Shown: in pieces, positions 1 to 9,376 of the stretch
Numbering within the stretch: position 1 is the first letter of the stretch
Layout: every line of letters starts with the position of its first letter
DNA from: an uncultured candidate division Zixibacteria bacterium
GTDB lineage: Bacteria; Zixibacteria; MSB-5A5; UBA10806
NCBI GenBank assembly: GCA_963801605.1
Contig: CAWDFP010000006.1
Location: forward strand, 512,001 to 576,000
Direction of reading: 5' to 3'
DNA length: 64,000 bases
Program-made: the position numbers and the translations under genes
The notes under the pieces: generated by a model
The model's input: the letters and a program-made list of their open reading frames with translations, nothing else
The model's database searches: none
Told to the model about the DNA's origin: nothing

Positions 1-431
1 TATCTTTTCTCCCAGGACTCTACGGACCCTTCCCCGAAGAAATCCAGCAACTCTTTAACTAATTCTGCGGTTGTACTAACCCTACTAATCAGATTTCGTT
101 TCATTAGCTCTTTGAGTGGAAATCTTTTTGCCCACGCAACTTCTCTCGCAAGCTTGATTGCATCATTGTTCTTTGCCATAAACAACTCAAAAGCCGCGTT
201 CAAATTATTCCAAATTGCAGCTGACGTGCCCAGAACTCTCTCAAATTGAACTGCTGAATCCGCGGTAACAGGCGCCTTCTTATTAATAATCTGGCTTACT
301 GTCTTAACGGACAATCCGCATCTTTCAGCAAATTCGCTCTTTTTAATTCCTCTTGCTTCAAGGGTTTCCCCCAAAATTTCTCCCGGATGAACGGCATAGT
401 CCGGCTCGTAGCTATATTTTACTATAGTCAT
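1..431 (-). CDS. higA: HigA-family antitoxin (HTH), long form probably with a C-terminal ImmA/IrrE-like domain; runs off the window
   Basis: Manual translation MTIVKYSYEPDYAVHPGEILGETLEARGIKKSEFAERCGLSVKTVSQIINKKAPVT...; ATG overlaps the toxin stop (ATGA); the ORF continues past the HTH (AWAKRFPLKELMKR). Confidence 0.85.
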   Translation of the reverse strand, partial: MTIVKYSYEPDYAVHPGEILGETLEARGIKKSEFAERCGLSVKTVSQIINKKAPVTADSAVQFERVLGTSAAIWNNLNAAFELFMAKNNDAIKLAREVAWAKRFPLKELMKRNLISRVSTTAELVKELLDFFGEGSVESWEKR

Positions 432-766
432 TTGTGAGGATCCTCCACGTTTAATATCATTATCGCCGTAACGGCATTTAAATCAATTCCGCCATCCTTT
501 TTTATCGGAACCGGATCATGATCTGGTTGAAATACCAATCTAAAAGGATGCTTTAAATCAACCGTAAATTCGCCCTTTCGATCTCCCGCCAATTCATGTC
601 GGCGCTCCGGCTTTGAATGTGGTACATCGTTTAAGGTTGGCGCAGCACGGAGAAGCTCTAACCTCCGCTTGATAATTATTGAATTATTCTTTCCATAGGT
701 TTTCATTAGTTCATTTTCAGAATTAAAGGTTTTGGCCAGTTTGCGGTTTACAAAGGAAATAACCAT
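428..766 (-). CDS. higB: HigB/RelE-like toxin (plasmid maintenance killer family)
   Basis: RRHELAGDRKGEFTVDLKHPFRLVF motif; toxin-first order upstream of the HTH antitoxin. Confidence 0.85.
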   Translation of the reverse strand: MVISFVNRKLAKTFNSENELMKTYGKNNSIIIKRRLELLRAAPTLNDVPHSKPERRHELAGDRKGEFTVDLKHPFRLVFQPDHDPVPIKKDGGIDLNAVTAIMILNVEDPHK

Positions 767-785
767 ATCTAATATTATATTATAT

Positions 786-802
786 TTTACGCAATAGGTA
801 AA
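786..802. promoter_or_regulatory. Possible HigA operator palindrome TTTAC-N7-GTAAA
   Basis: Inverted repeat about 20 bp upstream of the toxin start in an AT-rich promoter region. Confidence 0.35.
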
Positions 803-920
803 GGAAAATATTTAGATATTATAGGGGCGGTAATGTTAAAACGATGCGCCGAGCGCCGTATCCTTTTTAATAGCATTAATAGGGTGGTATTTTAATAAAT
901 TATACTATTGTAAATTGCGT

Positions 921-976
921 GTCAGGGATTGCCCTGACCGCAACCCATCGAGGTTGGGGGAAACCCTAGCACCCAG
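921..976. repeat. Cluster of short palindromes (GTCAGGG-attg-CCCTGAC; CAACC..GGTTG; GGG-gaaa-CCC), REP-like
   Basis: Hairpins read directly; GTCAGG/CCTGAC arms recur at 12394-12437. Confidence 0.4.
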
Positions 977-1079
977 GCCGATAACTGTAAGCGCTCATAG
1001 CCCACAACTTTCCCATTGCATCCCATCTGCTATATCATCATATTAATGAGATGAGGCATTACGCATTTTGAAAACGATA

Positions 1080-2918
1080 ATGAAAACCGATTTCGAAATA
1101 ATTGTGGTTGGCGGCGGACACGCCGGTATCGAGGCCGCGCTCGCCTGCGCCCGCATGGGCCACTCCGTCGCCATGATCACCATGAGCAAGGCCGCTATCG
1201 GACGAATGAGCTGCAACCCGGCGGTCGGCGGCCTGGCCAAAGGGCAGCTTGTGGTCGAGATCGATGCCCTGGGCGGGGAAATTGGATTCGCTACTGATCA
1301 AGCCGGCATTCAGTTTCGTCTTCTTAATCGCAGCAAGGGGCCAGCCGTGCAATCTCGACGAGCCCAATGCGACCGCGCCCGCTACTCGAAAGTTATGATT
1401 GATGCCGTTGAGAGGCAACCGAACCTCCATGTAATTGAGGGCGAGGTTACAGATCTCATTATTGAAACCAGTATTTGCCAGGGCGCAATCCTTTCATCGG
1501 GCGAAAAAATATCTGCCAAAGCAGTCGTTATCACTGCGGGCACGTTCCTTAACGGATTGATACACAGAGGCTTAGAGAGTTTCCCTGCCGGTCGTATCGA
1601 TGAGCCACCCGCCATTGGCCTATCTCAAAGACTCCAGAATTTGGGATTAGCTGTTGGCCGTCTCAAGACCGGTACGCCGCCCAGACTCGACGGAAACTCA
1701 ATTGATTTTAGTAAATGCGATATCCAACACGGCGACAACCCGCCGCCATACTTTTCTATCCGAACTATTTGCAAAAACGCCGTTAGCCAAATCCCCTGTT
1801 ATTTGACATATACTAACGAGAAAACACATCAGGCTATCAGAGAAAACCTGGACAAGTCGCCGCTATATTCCGGCGTAATCAAGGGGATAGGACCACGCTA
1901 TTGCCCCTCCATTGAGGATAAGGTGGTGCGTTTTACGGACAAGCCTCGGCACCAGTTATTCCTTGAACCAGAAGGAGTTAACACAAGCGAATATTACCTA
2001 AACGGGTTCTCCTCGTCGCTTCCGGAGGATATCCAGCTTCGAGCGCTTCACACCATACCCGGCCTGGAGCAGGTTGAAATGACACGCGCCGGCTATGCTA
2101 TCGAATACGATTTCTTTCCTCCGCACCAGATCTCGGTAACCATGGAATCCAAATTCGTCCCCGGCCTGTATTTCGCTGGCCAGGTTAATGGCACGTCGGG
2201 CTACGAAGAAGCTGCCGCGCAAGGGATTATGGCAGGCATCAACGCCTCTCTCAAGATTCAGGGTGAATTGCCCTTTCGGCTACTACGTTCCGAGGCCTAT
2301 ATCGGAGTGCTCTTGGACGACCTCGTAACCAAATCAACCACTGAGCCTTACCGAATGTTTACCTCAAGGGCCGAGTACCGTCTTGGCTTACGTGACGATA
2401 ATGCCGACGAACGTCTCCTTGAAAAAGGACATACGCTTGGATTGGTACAGCAATCGAGCTATAATTCCTTTAGGGACGAACAAGGGGCCAAAGCGCAATT
2501 AGCGGAACTGTTTAAGGCTACCAGGATCAAATTAAGGGAAATAAACGATAACGATTCAATAGGCCATACAATATCGGCTTACGCGGCCCTGCGGAATCCC
2601 GATATAGACCTTGCTGATTATCCGATATATGCCCAAGCGAGCCTTCAGTTTGGCCGAAAAATCATGCAATGCCTTGTAAATGAGGTCCGTTACGCCGGTT
2701 ATATTAATCGTCAAAACAGGCGGATCGAAAGATTTAAGCGGATCGAAAACTACCTTATTCCTTCGGGTTTCGATTATGAACGTTTGATAGGCCTTAAAAA
2801 GGAAGCGGCTCAAAAGCTTATACTGTTCCGTCCGGAGACTTTAGGTCAGGCATCGCGCATTTCCGGAGTATCTCCAGGGGATATTGCGGTGCTAATGGTG
2901 CATTTGCATCAAGGATAA
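1080..2918 (+). CDS. mnmG: tRNA uridine-5-carboxymethylaminomethyl modification enzyme MnmG (GidA)
   Basis: [30 protein letters not shown] and [16 protein letters not shown] motifs. Confidence 0.98.
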   Translation: MKTDFEIIVVGGGHAGIEAALACARMGHSVAMITMSKAAIGRMSCNPAVGGLAKGQLVVEIDALGGEIGFATDQAGIQFRLLNRSKGPAVQSRRAQCDRARYSKVMIDAVERQPNLHVIEGEVTDLIIETSICQGAILSSGEKISAKAVVITAGTFLNGLIHRGLESFPAGRIDEPPAIGLSQRLQNLGLAVGRLKTGTPPRLDGNSIDFSKCDIQHGDNPPPYFSIRTICKNAVSQIPCYLTYTNEKTHQAIRENLDKSPLYSGVIKGIGPRYCPSIEDKVVRFTDKPRHQLFLEPEGVNTSEYYLNGFSSSLPEDIQLRALHTIPGLEQVEMTRAGYAIEYDFFPPHQISVTMESKFVPGLYFAGQVNGTSGYEEAAAQGIMAGINASLKIQGELPFRLLRSEAYIGVLLDDLVTKSTTEPYRMFTSRAEYRLGLRDDNADERLLEKGHTLGLVQQSSYNSFRDEQGAKAQLAELFKATRIKLREINDNDSIGHTISAYAALRNPDIDLADYPIYAQASLQFGRKIMQCLVNEVRYAGYINRQNRRIERFKRIENYLIPSGFDYERLIGLKKEAAQKLILFRPETLGQASRISGVSPGDIAVLMVHLHQG

Positions 2919-3008
2919 GGGTAAATCCCAATAAATTCCTTCATTTTTGTTGACAAACTGTTGATAACCACCCCCTTGTAAACATCGTCTTATAAAAAGG
3001 CCTGGTAT

Positions 3009-3024
3009 TGTTTCACGTGAAACG
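3009..3024. promoter_or_regulatory. parS site
   Basis: TGTTTCACGTGAAACG, 15/16 match to TGTTTCACGTGAAACA; parAB nearby. Confidence 0.9.
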
Positions 3025-3117
3025 GAAGTAATCGCGCTTACGACAGATATTTCCTGGCTTTTATGTCAGAACTTAATGCTTTAAGGGAATAGTAGAACTA
3101 TTCGTGATCCATAAGCG

Positions 3118-3133
3118 GGTTTCACGTGAAACA
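3118..3133. promoter_or_regulatory. parS site
   Basis: GGTTTCACGTGAAACA, 15/16 match to the consensus. Confidence 0.9.
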
Positions 3134-3231
3134 ATTGAAATATATCAGTATCTATTAAAAAGGTGTGCATAAGTAGATGGTTTATCAACATTAGCCTTGT
3201 AAATTTCAGGCTTTGCGATATAATATGAGAT

Positions 3232-3795
3232 ATGCCATTAAACACCGCTCAGCATAAAGTACTTAAGAATTGGTTTGAAGAGAGAGAACTTCCTCTTGAT
3301 AAAGAATTACTTGAAAAGATAACCGATTACAAGGATCTGATTCTTGCCTGGTCAACGCGGATGAATTTAGTTTCCAAAGGTGACCACGCTACCCTAATTG
3401 AAAATCATATTCTTGATTCTCTCGGGCCGTTAGAGCTTATTTCTAAAACGGGACGGTTAATTGATATCGGCACCGGCGCTGGTTTTCCTGGGATACCGAT
3501 AGCCATGGTTCGTCCCAGGCTTCAGGTAACCTTAGTTGATTCGATTCATAAAAAGGTCCTGTTCCTTAGGGCGGTTAAGGCAGTGCTCGGTCTCGATAAT
3601 GTTAATATCATTGAAGGTCGGGCGGAAAAGCTGGCGCCAACAGATAAATATGATATTGCGACTATGCGTGCCCTACCTCATTGGGAATCATATATTAATA
3701 CGATTCGGAAAATGATTCGTCCTGACGGCAAGATCATATATTATCAAAAACGGGGCATTTATATCACGATACTGTCTCAAAAAACGTTCCCGTAA
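3232..3795 (+). CDS. rsmG: 16S rRNA m7G527 methyltransferase RsmG (GidB)
   Basis: NHILDSL and DIGTGAGFPGIP motifs; position after mnmG. Confidence 0.95.
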   Translation: MPLNTAQHKVLKNWFEERELPLDKELLEKITDYKDLILAWSTRMNLVSKGDHATLIENHILDSLGPLELISKTGRLIDIGTGAGFPGIPIAMVRPRLQVTLVDSIHKKVLFLRAVKAVLGLDNVNIIEGRAEKLAPTDKYDIATMRALPHWESYINTIRKMIRPDGKIIYYQKRGIYITILSQKTFP

Positions 3796-3824
3796 AGCAT
3801 TTACCTGAAAAGCGTTAGCAAATA

Positions 3825-3840
3825 TGTGTCACGTGAAACG
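3825..3840. promoter_or_regulatory. parS site (degenerate) upstream of parA
   Basis: TGTGTCACGTGAAACG, 14/16 match. Confidence 0.75.
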
Positions 3841-3923
3841 CATATTTCACTTGCTTTTGGTTTCTTATTAAGCTACTTTGGGCGCTGCTTTATATTGTAA
3901 TAAAATACGGCGTTTGAGGTTAC

Positions 3924-4682
3924 ATGTCTAAGATAATTGCCATAGCAAATCAAAAGGGCGGCGTTGGTAAGACCACTACTGCCATAAACTTAGCGTCCTG
4001 TTTGGCGGTTGCAGAGAAGAAGACGTTGCTGATCGATATAGACCCCCAGGGAAATAGCACCTCTGGCGTTGGCATTGATAAAAACAAAGTCTTAAAATCG
4101 ACCTATGATGTCCTTCTTGGTGATGCTGCCATTGCCGATTCGCTGATCGAAACGGAAATCAACTTTCTCTCAATCTTACCGTCGAATATCAATTTGGTCG
4201 GGGCTGAGATTGAGCTTGTCGGAGCACCCGCACGGGAGCACCGACTTAAAAAAGCGCTGGAACCAATTCGCGACCGGTTCGATTATGTGATAATCGATTG
4301 CCCACCGTCGCTGGGATTTTTAACTATAAACACTCTCACCGCGGCCGATTCTTTAATCATCCCTGTGCAATGCGAATACTATGCCCTTGAAGGACTTGGG
4401 CAGCTTCTAAACACTATTAAGCTGGTTCAAAAACATCTCAATCCCAGCCTTGACATTTACGGCGTACTTCTTACAATGTATGACGGCAGACTAAATTTAT
4501 CTCGTCAGGTTGCAGACGAGGCCAGGAGCTACTTTGCCGATAAAGTTTTCAATACTGTAATCAGCCGCAATGTTCGTCTCTCGGAAGCGCCGAGTTTTGG
4601 AAAACCGATTGTGCTTTATGATATCCTTTGTACGGGAGCAGCCAACTACATCAACCTTGCCAAGGAGGTACTGGCCAGATGA
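3924..4682 (+). CDS. parA: Chromosome partitioning ATPase ParA/Soj
   Basis: NQKGGVGKTTT, DCPPSLG and RNVRLSEAPSFG motifs. Confidence 0.97.
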   Translation: MSKIIAIANQKGGVGKTTTAINLASCLAVAEKKTLLIDIDPQGNSTSGVGIDKNKVLKSTYDVLLGDAAIADSLIETEINFLSILPSNINLVGAEIELVGAPAREHRLKKALEPIRDRFDYVIIDCPPSLGFLTINTLTAADSLIIPVQCEYYALEGLGQLLNTIKLVQKHLNPSLDIYGVLLTMYDGRLNLSRQVADEARSYFADKVFNTVISRNVRLSEAPSFGKPIVLYDILCTGAANYINLAKEVLAR

Positions 4683-5545
4683 AAAAAGTATTAGGCAAAG
4701 GTATCGAGGCGTTAATTCCGGGAAGCAACAGCGACGAATCTGTTGAGCTCCAGCCGGCCAGCCTTAATCTTATTCGCGACATACCTCTGGCAAATATCAA
4801 ACCATCACCTTTTCAGCCACGCATAAATTTCGATAGTGTCAGACTTGGCGAATTGGCGCAGTCAATCGAAACTCGGGGAGTGATACAGCCGATCGTAGTG
4901 CGAACTGTGGGCGAGAATTATGAGCTTATCGTCGGGGAGCGCAGATTGCGCGCTTTTGAGCTTTTAGGCAAAGCCTCAATTCCCGCCATCATTTGCGAAG
5001 ATATAAGCAACGAAGAGGCGATGGAGCTCACGCTTATCGAAAATATCCAACGCGAAGATCTCAATCCGGTCGAGGAAGCCCAAGCCTACTATCGCTTGAT
5101 GACCGAATGTAACTTGTCGCAGGCCGATGTTGCTGCTAAGGTTGGCAAAGAACGCTCTTCAATCGCAAATACCATTCGTCTTCTTTCCCTTCCCCAGGAA
5201 ATATTGAACCTTGTATCCGACGGAAAAATCAGCGCCGGACATGCCCGGGCGTTGCTGGCCTACCAGGGAGACGGAGAAAAGATCGTTCTAGCTCAAAGAG
5301 TAATTTTAGATGATCTCTCCGTCAGGGATTTGGAAAAGCTTGTTTATGCCGATAAAGCTCCAAGGAAGGGAAACCGGATTCGTTTGCGGTCTCCCCAGGT
5401 TCAGGCTCTCGAAGAAAGTCTCAAACGTCAACTGGGGACGAAAGTTTTTTTAACCCAGCGAAAAAAAGGCGGACGAATAACAATCGAATATTATTCCAAC
5501 GATGAACTGGAACGTCTTTTGGGGCTATTGGGAGTAAAAGAATAA
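4679..5545 (+). CDS. parB: Chromosome partitioning protein ParB/Spo0J
   Basis: MKKVLGKGIEALI N-terminus, GERRLRA, IENIQREDLNPVEEA; ATG overlaps the parA stop. Confidence 0.97.
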   Translation: MKKVLGKGIEALIPGSNSDESVELQPASLNLIRDIPLANIKPSPFQPRINFDSVRLGELAQSIETRGVIQPIVVRTVGENYELIVGERRLRAFELLGKASIPAIICEDISNEEAMELTLIENIQREDLNPVEEAQAYYRLMTECNLSQADVAAKVGKERSSIANTIRLLSLPQEILNLVSDGKISAGHARALLAYQGDGEKIVLAQRVILDDLSVRDLEKLVYADKAPRKGNRIRLRSPQVQALEESLKRQLGTKVFLTQRKKGGRITIEYYSNDELERLLGLLGVKE

Positions 5546-5547
5546 TA

Positions 5548-6351
5548 GTGGGCAGAAGGTTAACGTTCATGATCATTCCGGAGGGAGGCGAGAAGGTATT
5601 TTCGCGTAATATATCATCGGGCCTCTTCAAGCTTATAGTTGTTCTGGTTTCGATCTGGTTAATCTTTTTAATAGGTATCACTGTAATCTATGCGCGGCTT
5701 TCGGTCCAGGCTTCTAAATCGGCCATGCTCCTGGACGAAAATCAGAAATTGCGGGAATATTTCACTCGAGTAATAGATATTGAAAAAAGTTTCAAGCGCA
5801 ATCAGGAGTTAACGGCCCGCCTGGCGCAGATGGCAGGTGTTAATCTGGAAAGCTTAACCAGTCAGCCAAAAATAAATTTCGATTCGCTTGGCAAACAGGG
5901 CACTGCCGAATTAAATCCGTCGATTACCCCCGAAAATGAATCCACCATGACGCCCGAGCAGCTCTTGAATTCCCGTCTGCCCCACGGCCGTCCGCTGTAT
6001 GGCTGGATTACAAAGCCTTTTTCGGCAATAGACGATAGTAAAGGCAGCAAGCATACCGGCATTGATTTCGCTGTTAAAGATGGAACCGCGGTTTCGGCGA
6101 CCGCATCGGGAACGGTTACTTTTGCGGGCTGGGATGAATATCTTGGCAATTTGGTTGTAATCGATCATGGAAATGGTTATTTAACTAGTTATGGACATAA
6201 CCGGGAATTGTTGGTAAAAAAGGGGGAGAAGATTACCAGGGGCGAGGTTATTGCGCTATCGGGGAATACGGGACGATCATCAGCCCCACATCTTCATTAC
6301 GAGATTATGAAGGATGGGGTGCCAATTGACCCTACTCCTTATTTAGATTGA
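5548..6351 (+). CDS. Membrane-anchored M23 family peptidoglycan endopeptidase
   Basis: N-terminal TM segment, coiled coil, HTGIDF and HLHYEI zinc motifs. Confidence 0.92.
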   Translation: MGRRLTFMIIPEGGEKVFSRNISSGLFKLIVVLVSIWLIFLIGITVIYARLSVQASKSAMLLDENQKLREYFTRVIDIEKSFKRNQELTARLAQMAGVNLESLTSQPKINFDSLGKQGTAELNPSITPENESTMTPEQLLNSRLPHGRPLYGWITKPFSAIDDSKGSKHTGIDFAVKDGTAVSATASGTVTFAGWDEYLGNLVVIDHGNGYLTSYGHNRELLVKKGEKITRGEVIALSGNTGRSSAPHLHYEIMKDGVPIDPTPYLD

Positions 6352-6360
6352 GAGGGGTAT

Positions 6361-6810
6361 ATGAAATTAGACCGAAAACTGTTCGGAAGTGAGGATGATA
6401 TGGACAGCCTAAAAGGAGATGGACGTATCGAAACCATTATCGGGAAGGGTACCAATATCGAGGGTACCGTGAATATCGAAGGCGCCACTCGCATCGATGG
6501 AAGTGTCACTGGCAAGTTGACATCCAATGACATCGTCACCGTTGGCGCCACCGGCGTGGTAAAAGCCGAGATCAGAGCTAAAGCCATCATCGTTGGCGGA
6601 CATGTTGAGGGCAATTTGTTTGCCTCGGAGAAAGTGGAACTACAAGCCAAATGCGAACTGCTGGGCGACATTACATCGAAATCGCTTTTGGTTGAGCATG
6701 GGGCTTTGTTTCATGGCAGCTCCAAGATGAAAGACAATGTGCCGGGCTCGCATTCGATATCGACGCCAAGCTCGGCCCCAAAACAAGAACCGCCTCGTCA
6801 GGCCCATTAA
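6361..6810 (+). CDS. Bactofilin (polymer-forming cytoskeletal protein)
   Basis: TIIGKGTNIEG..RIDGSVTG..IIVGGHVEGNLFA..LLVEHGALFHG beta-helix pattern. Confidence 0.92.
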   Translation: MKLDRKLFGSEDDMDSLKGDGRIETIIGKGTNIEGTVNIEGATRIDGSVTGKLTSNDIVTVGATGVVKAEIRAKAIIVGGHVEGNLFASEKVELQAKCELLGDITSKSLLVEHGALFHGSSKMKDNVPGSHSISTPSSAPKQEPPRQAH

Positions 6811-6816
6811 GAGCAG

Positions 6817-7503
6817 ATGGATTCGCGGCTAACCTTAGCGGGTGCTGTGCTGTTTGCGGCCGGCACCCTGCTTTTGGCGCTTATGTTGGGCCGTATAATT
6901 CGTCGTATCACTTATCGCCCCAGCGAAACTCGAAAAGATCCTCCCGAAAGCCCTCGCCTATTCTATATTCTACCGGCTTTAATCTTAATTATAATTGGTC
7001 AAAGCTTTTTCTGGCTTTCGTCTCAACTGGAATATTTCCGTCCGGTTTCGTCAGACGGCAATTTGGGGCAGGTGAAAGTGGAACGCCAGAGCGATCCAAT
7101 ACGATCTCTTGAGATTACGTATGTGCCTTTATTGGATAAATCAGCGTCCCTGCCCAACCGGTTTTATATGTCGGGTGATTCCTGGCGCTTGAGCGGCGAG
7201 CTTATCGATTTTAAGTTTGGCCGTAAGTTCTTTAAATTCCCCGAACGAGCCTACAAGACAGTTCGTTTCGAAAGCCGCTTTTCGGGACAGCTTCCCGCGA
7301 GCGTCCGAGGAGTTCTTCTGAACGAAAATCTGCTTGAGGGCGGACCCAGCCAGGCATTTAGATTGTTTCGAGACAGCCGTTATTTCAAATGGTTTGCGAG
7401 CGTTGATAGTTTTTCCACGGGCTATCTGGTTTCTGAGAAGGCCGATAGCTTTACGGTGAAGCTTGAACCCAACGGAATGGTTGGTCTGGAGCGAGAAAAG
7501 TAA
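6817..7503 (+). CDS. Hypothetical membrane protein (2 N-terminal TM segments)
   Basis: 228-aa ORF starting 6 bp after bactofilin; hydrophobic segments. Confidence 0.75.
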   Translation: MDSRLTLAGAVLFAAGTLLLALMLGRIIRRITYRPSETRKDPPESPRLFYILPALILIIIGQSFFWLSSQLEYFRPVSSDGNLGQVKVERQSDPIRSLEITYVPLLDKSASLPNRFYMSGDSWRLSGELIDFKFGRKFFKFPERAYKTVRFESRFSGQLPASVRGVLLNENLLEGGPSQAFRLFRDSRYFKWFASVDSFSTGYLVSEKADSFTVKLEPNGMVGLEREK

Positions 7504-7602
7504 CTAAATAATTGCATTCATCTTGAGATTTGGTCTTTTCCGCCTTCAATATCACAAAATAATAATTGTCCTGATGCGCCATTATATATTATATCCCCGT
7601 TG

Positions 7603-8610
7603 ATGATCTTAAAGTACAACTGCCCGTCCTGCGGATTCGGGATAATCACTCGTTATCTTATGCCTGGCGATAAACTCAATTGCCCGGAATGCAATTCAGA
7701 GTTGATAGTTCCTGAGAGTGCAGCCCAAACGGATCAAGAGCCAAACATATTTCGCAACGGAGAGCGTCCAATCCCCTGGCCGTCTCCAATGCTGGAGGAG
7801 GCCGTTACGTTGGTCGAGGGGGAATCGGTATCGCCGGAGCCAACTCCGTGGAACGCATTTTCGGTGTTAAAATTTGTGGCGGCCCTACTATTAGCTGTCA
7901 CAATTATAAGCCTCATCCTGGGAGTCGCAGCAGCGATAATAATTGCACCATTTTATCCGAAGGGCGTTAATTCTAAAGAACTTTTCACCGCCGATTTAGG
8001 GAAGGTCTTTGGACACATCATTACCATAATCAGTACGCTCATGCCGCCGGCGCTAATTTACCTCTCGGTCGTTAAAAGGCACCATAACAATTTCTTTGAC
8101 GGTTTGCATCTTTTCAAAATGACCCGTCAAGAAATAGCGCGCTACGTCTTGATAGGGGCTGGTTGTGTTGCCGTCGTAATGGTTCTTTTTGGTTTTCTGA
8201 TAGTAACCGGCCTCGATAAAAACCTGCCCAAAGATATGCCAATATTTGATGAATTTCGAAACGGGTATGCACGCTTGATTATTTACACAATTATGGCGCT
8301 GTTGGCTCCGGCGTTCGAGGAGCTTGTCTTTCGAGGCTATATTTTCCAGGGGATAAAAAACAGTTTCGGGGTCAAGGTTTCGGCGATTATTGTAACTGCG
8401 CTATTTATAATGCTGCACGCCCCTCAATTGGGTTATAGCATTATTCCGCTTCTCTTATTGGGTGTTGTCTCGATTACTTTAATTTGGGTGCGGATAAAAA
8501 CCGATTCGCTTACCAAATGTATCGTAATTCATCAGATTTATAATACAATTCTTATGGTAATTGCCTGGTCGATGGTTTGGCTGTTCGGGATCGACAAGAT
8601 GGCGGCGTAA
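7603..8610 (+). CDS. CPBP/CAAX intramembrane metalloprotease with N-terminal zinc ribbon
   Basis: CPSCG...CPECN; EELVFRG, FIMLH and HQIYN motifs. Confidence 0.88.
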   Translation: MILKYNCPSCGFGIITRYLMPGDKLNCPECNSELIVPESAAQTDQEPNIFRNGERPIPWPSPMLEEAVTLVEGESVSPEPTPWNAFSVLKFVAALLLAVTIISLILGVAAAIIIAPFYPKGVNSKELFTADLGKVFGHIITIISTLMPPALIYLSVVKRHHNNFFDGLHLFKMTRQEIARYVLIGAGCVAVVMVLFGFLIVTGLDKNLPKDMPIFDEFRNGYARLIIYTIMALLAPAFEELVFRGYIFQGIKNSFGVKVSAIIVTALFIMLHAPQLGYSIIPLLLLGVVSITLIWVRIKTDSLTKCIVIHQIYNTILMVIAWSMVWLFGIDKMAA

Positions 8611-8664
8611 AGATCTCCACACAAAGTCAAGGGATCCACAATTTTTTTCATCGAAAATAAAAAG

Positions 8665-8700
8665 TGCCTCAGGACGTCGCTTGGTTTTCATCCTGAGGCA
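8665..8700. terminator. Hairpin between convergent genes (likely terminator of bfr)
   Basis: TGCCTCAGGACG...CATCCTGAGGCA, preceded by an A-tract (U-tract on the minus strand). Confidence 0.6.
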
Positions 8701-8724
8701 TACGCTGATTTCTTATAGGCTGAA

Positions 8725-9192
8725 TTATCCCACTTGCTCCACTAAATAGCTCTGGACACCCATCTGCGTGATCTGATCGAGTTGGGCTTCGATCCAATCG
8801 ATATGATCTTCCTCGTCTTTGAGAGTGTTTTCCAGTAGTTCGCGGGTGCCGTTGTCGCCCAGGCTGACGGCCTCTTTAATTGCGGCGTTGTAGGCTTTGA
8901 TGGCCTCAATCTCGGCGGAGTGATCGTTTTTCAATTGCGTCGGGACATCCTTGCCAACCGTGATTTTATTGAGTTTGCTGACGGTTGGAGAACCCTCGAG
9001 GAAAATGATTCTGGCTATAAGCTTTTCGGCATGTTTCATCTCATCGATTGCGCGCTTTTCGATTTTATCATGCAGTTTTTGATATCCCCAGTTATCGCAC
9101 ATCTCGGAATGTACCATATATTGGCTGATAGCGGTTAGTTCGTCGGCCAACAGGCTATTTAGCGTTGCGATTACCTTGGCATTACCCTTCAT
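8725..9192 (-). CDS. bfr: Bacterioferritin
   Basis: MKGNAKVIATLN..ELTAISQYMVHSEM..DEMKHAE..EEDHIDWIE. Confidence 0.95.
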   Translation of the reverse strand: MKGNAKVIATLNSLLADELTAISQYMVHSEMCDNWGYQKLHDKIEKRAIDEMKHAEKLIARIIFLEGSPTVSKLNKITVGKDVPTQLKNDHSAEIEAIKAYNAAIKEAVSLGDNGTRELLENTLKDEEDHIDWIEAQLDQITQMGVQSYLVEQVG

Positions 9193-9376
9193 CATAAGCT
9201 CCTTTGATTTAATATCGTTTCATCATTTTAAGCAAAATCAATAGCGGTTATATGATATGATTTTGCGGCTACGGTAAGCAAGGGTAATTTTGGGGATTTA
9301 ACTTCCCTGTTTGTCCTTTTTTTATTAAATTCTATCAACGAAAATTCTTAGCTTTCAATTAAACAGGGGAAAAGCC

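Larger units (their letters stand above)
2948..3190. promoter_or_regulatory. DnaA-box cluster in the mnmG-rsmG intergenic region
   Basis: TGTTGACAA 2948, TGTTGATAA 2959, TGTGCATAA 3164 (=TTATGCACA, fits TTATNCACA), TTATCAACA 3182. Confidence 0.5.

Noticed and set aside
9200..9235. Fur box upstream of bfr
   Set aside because: Only a loose match in AT-rich DNA
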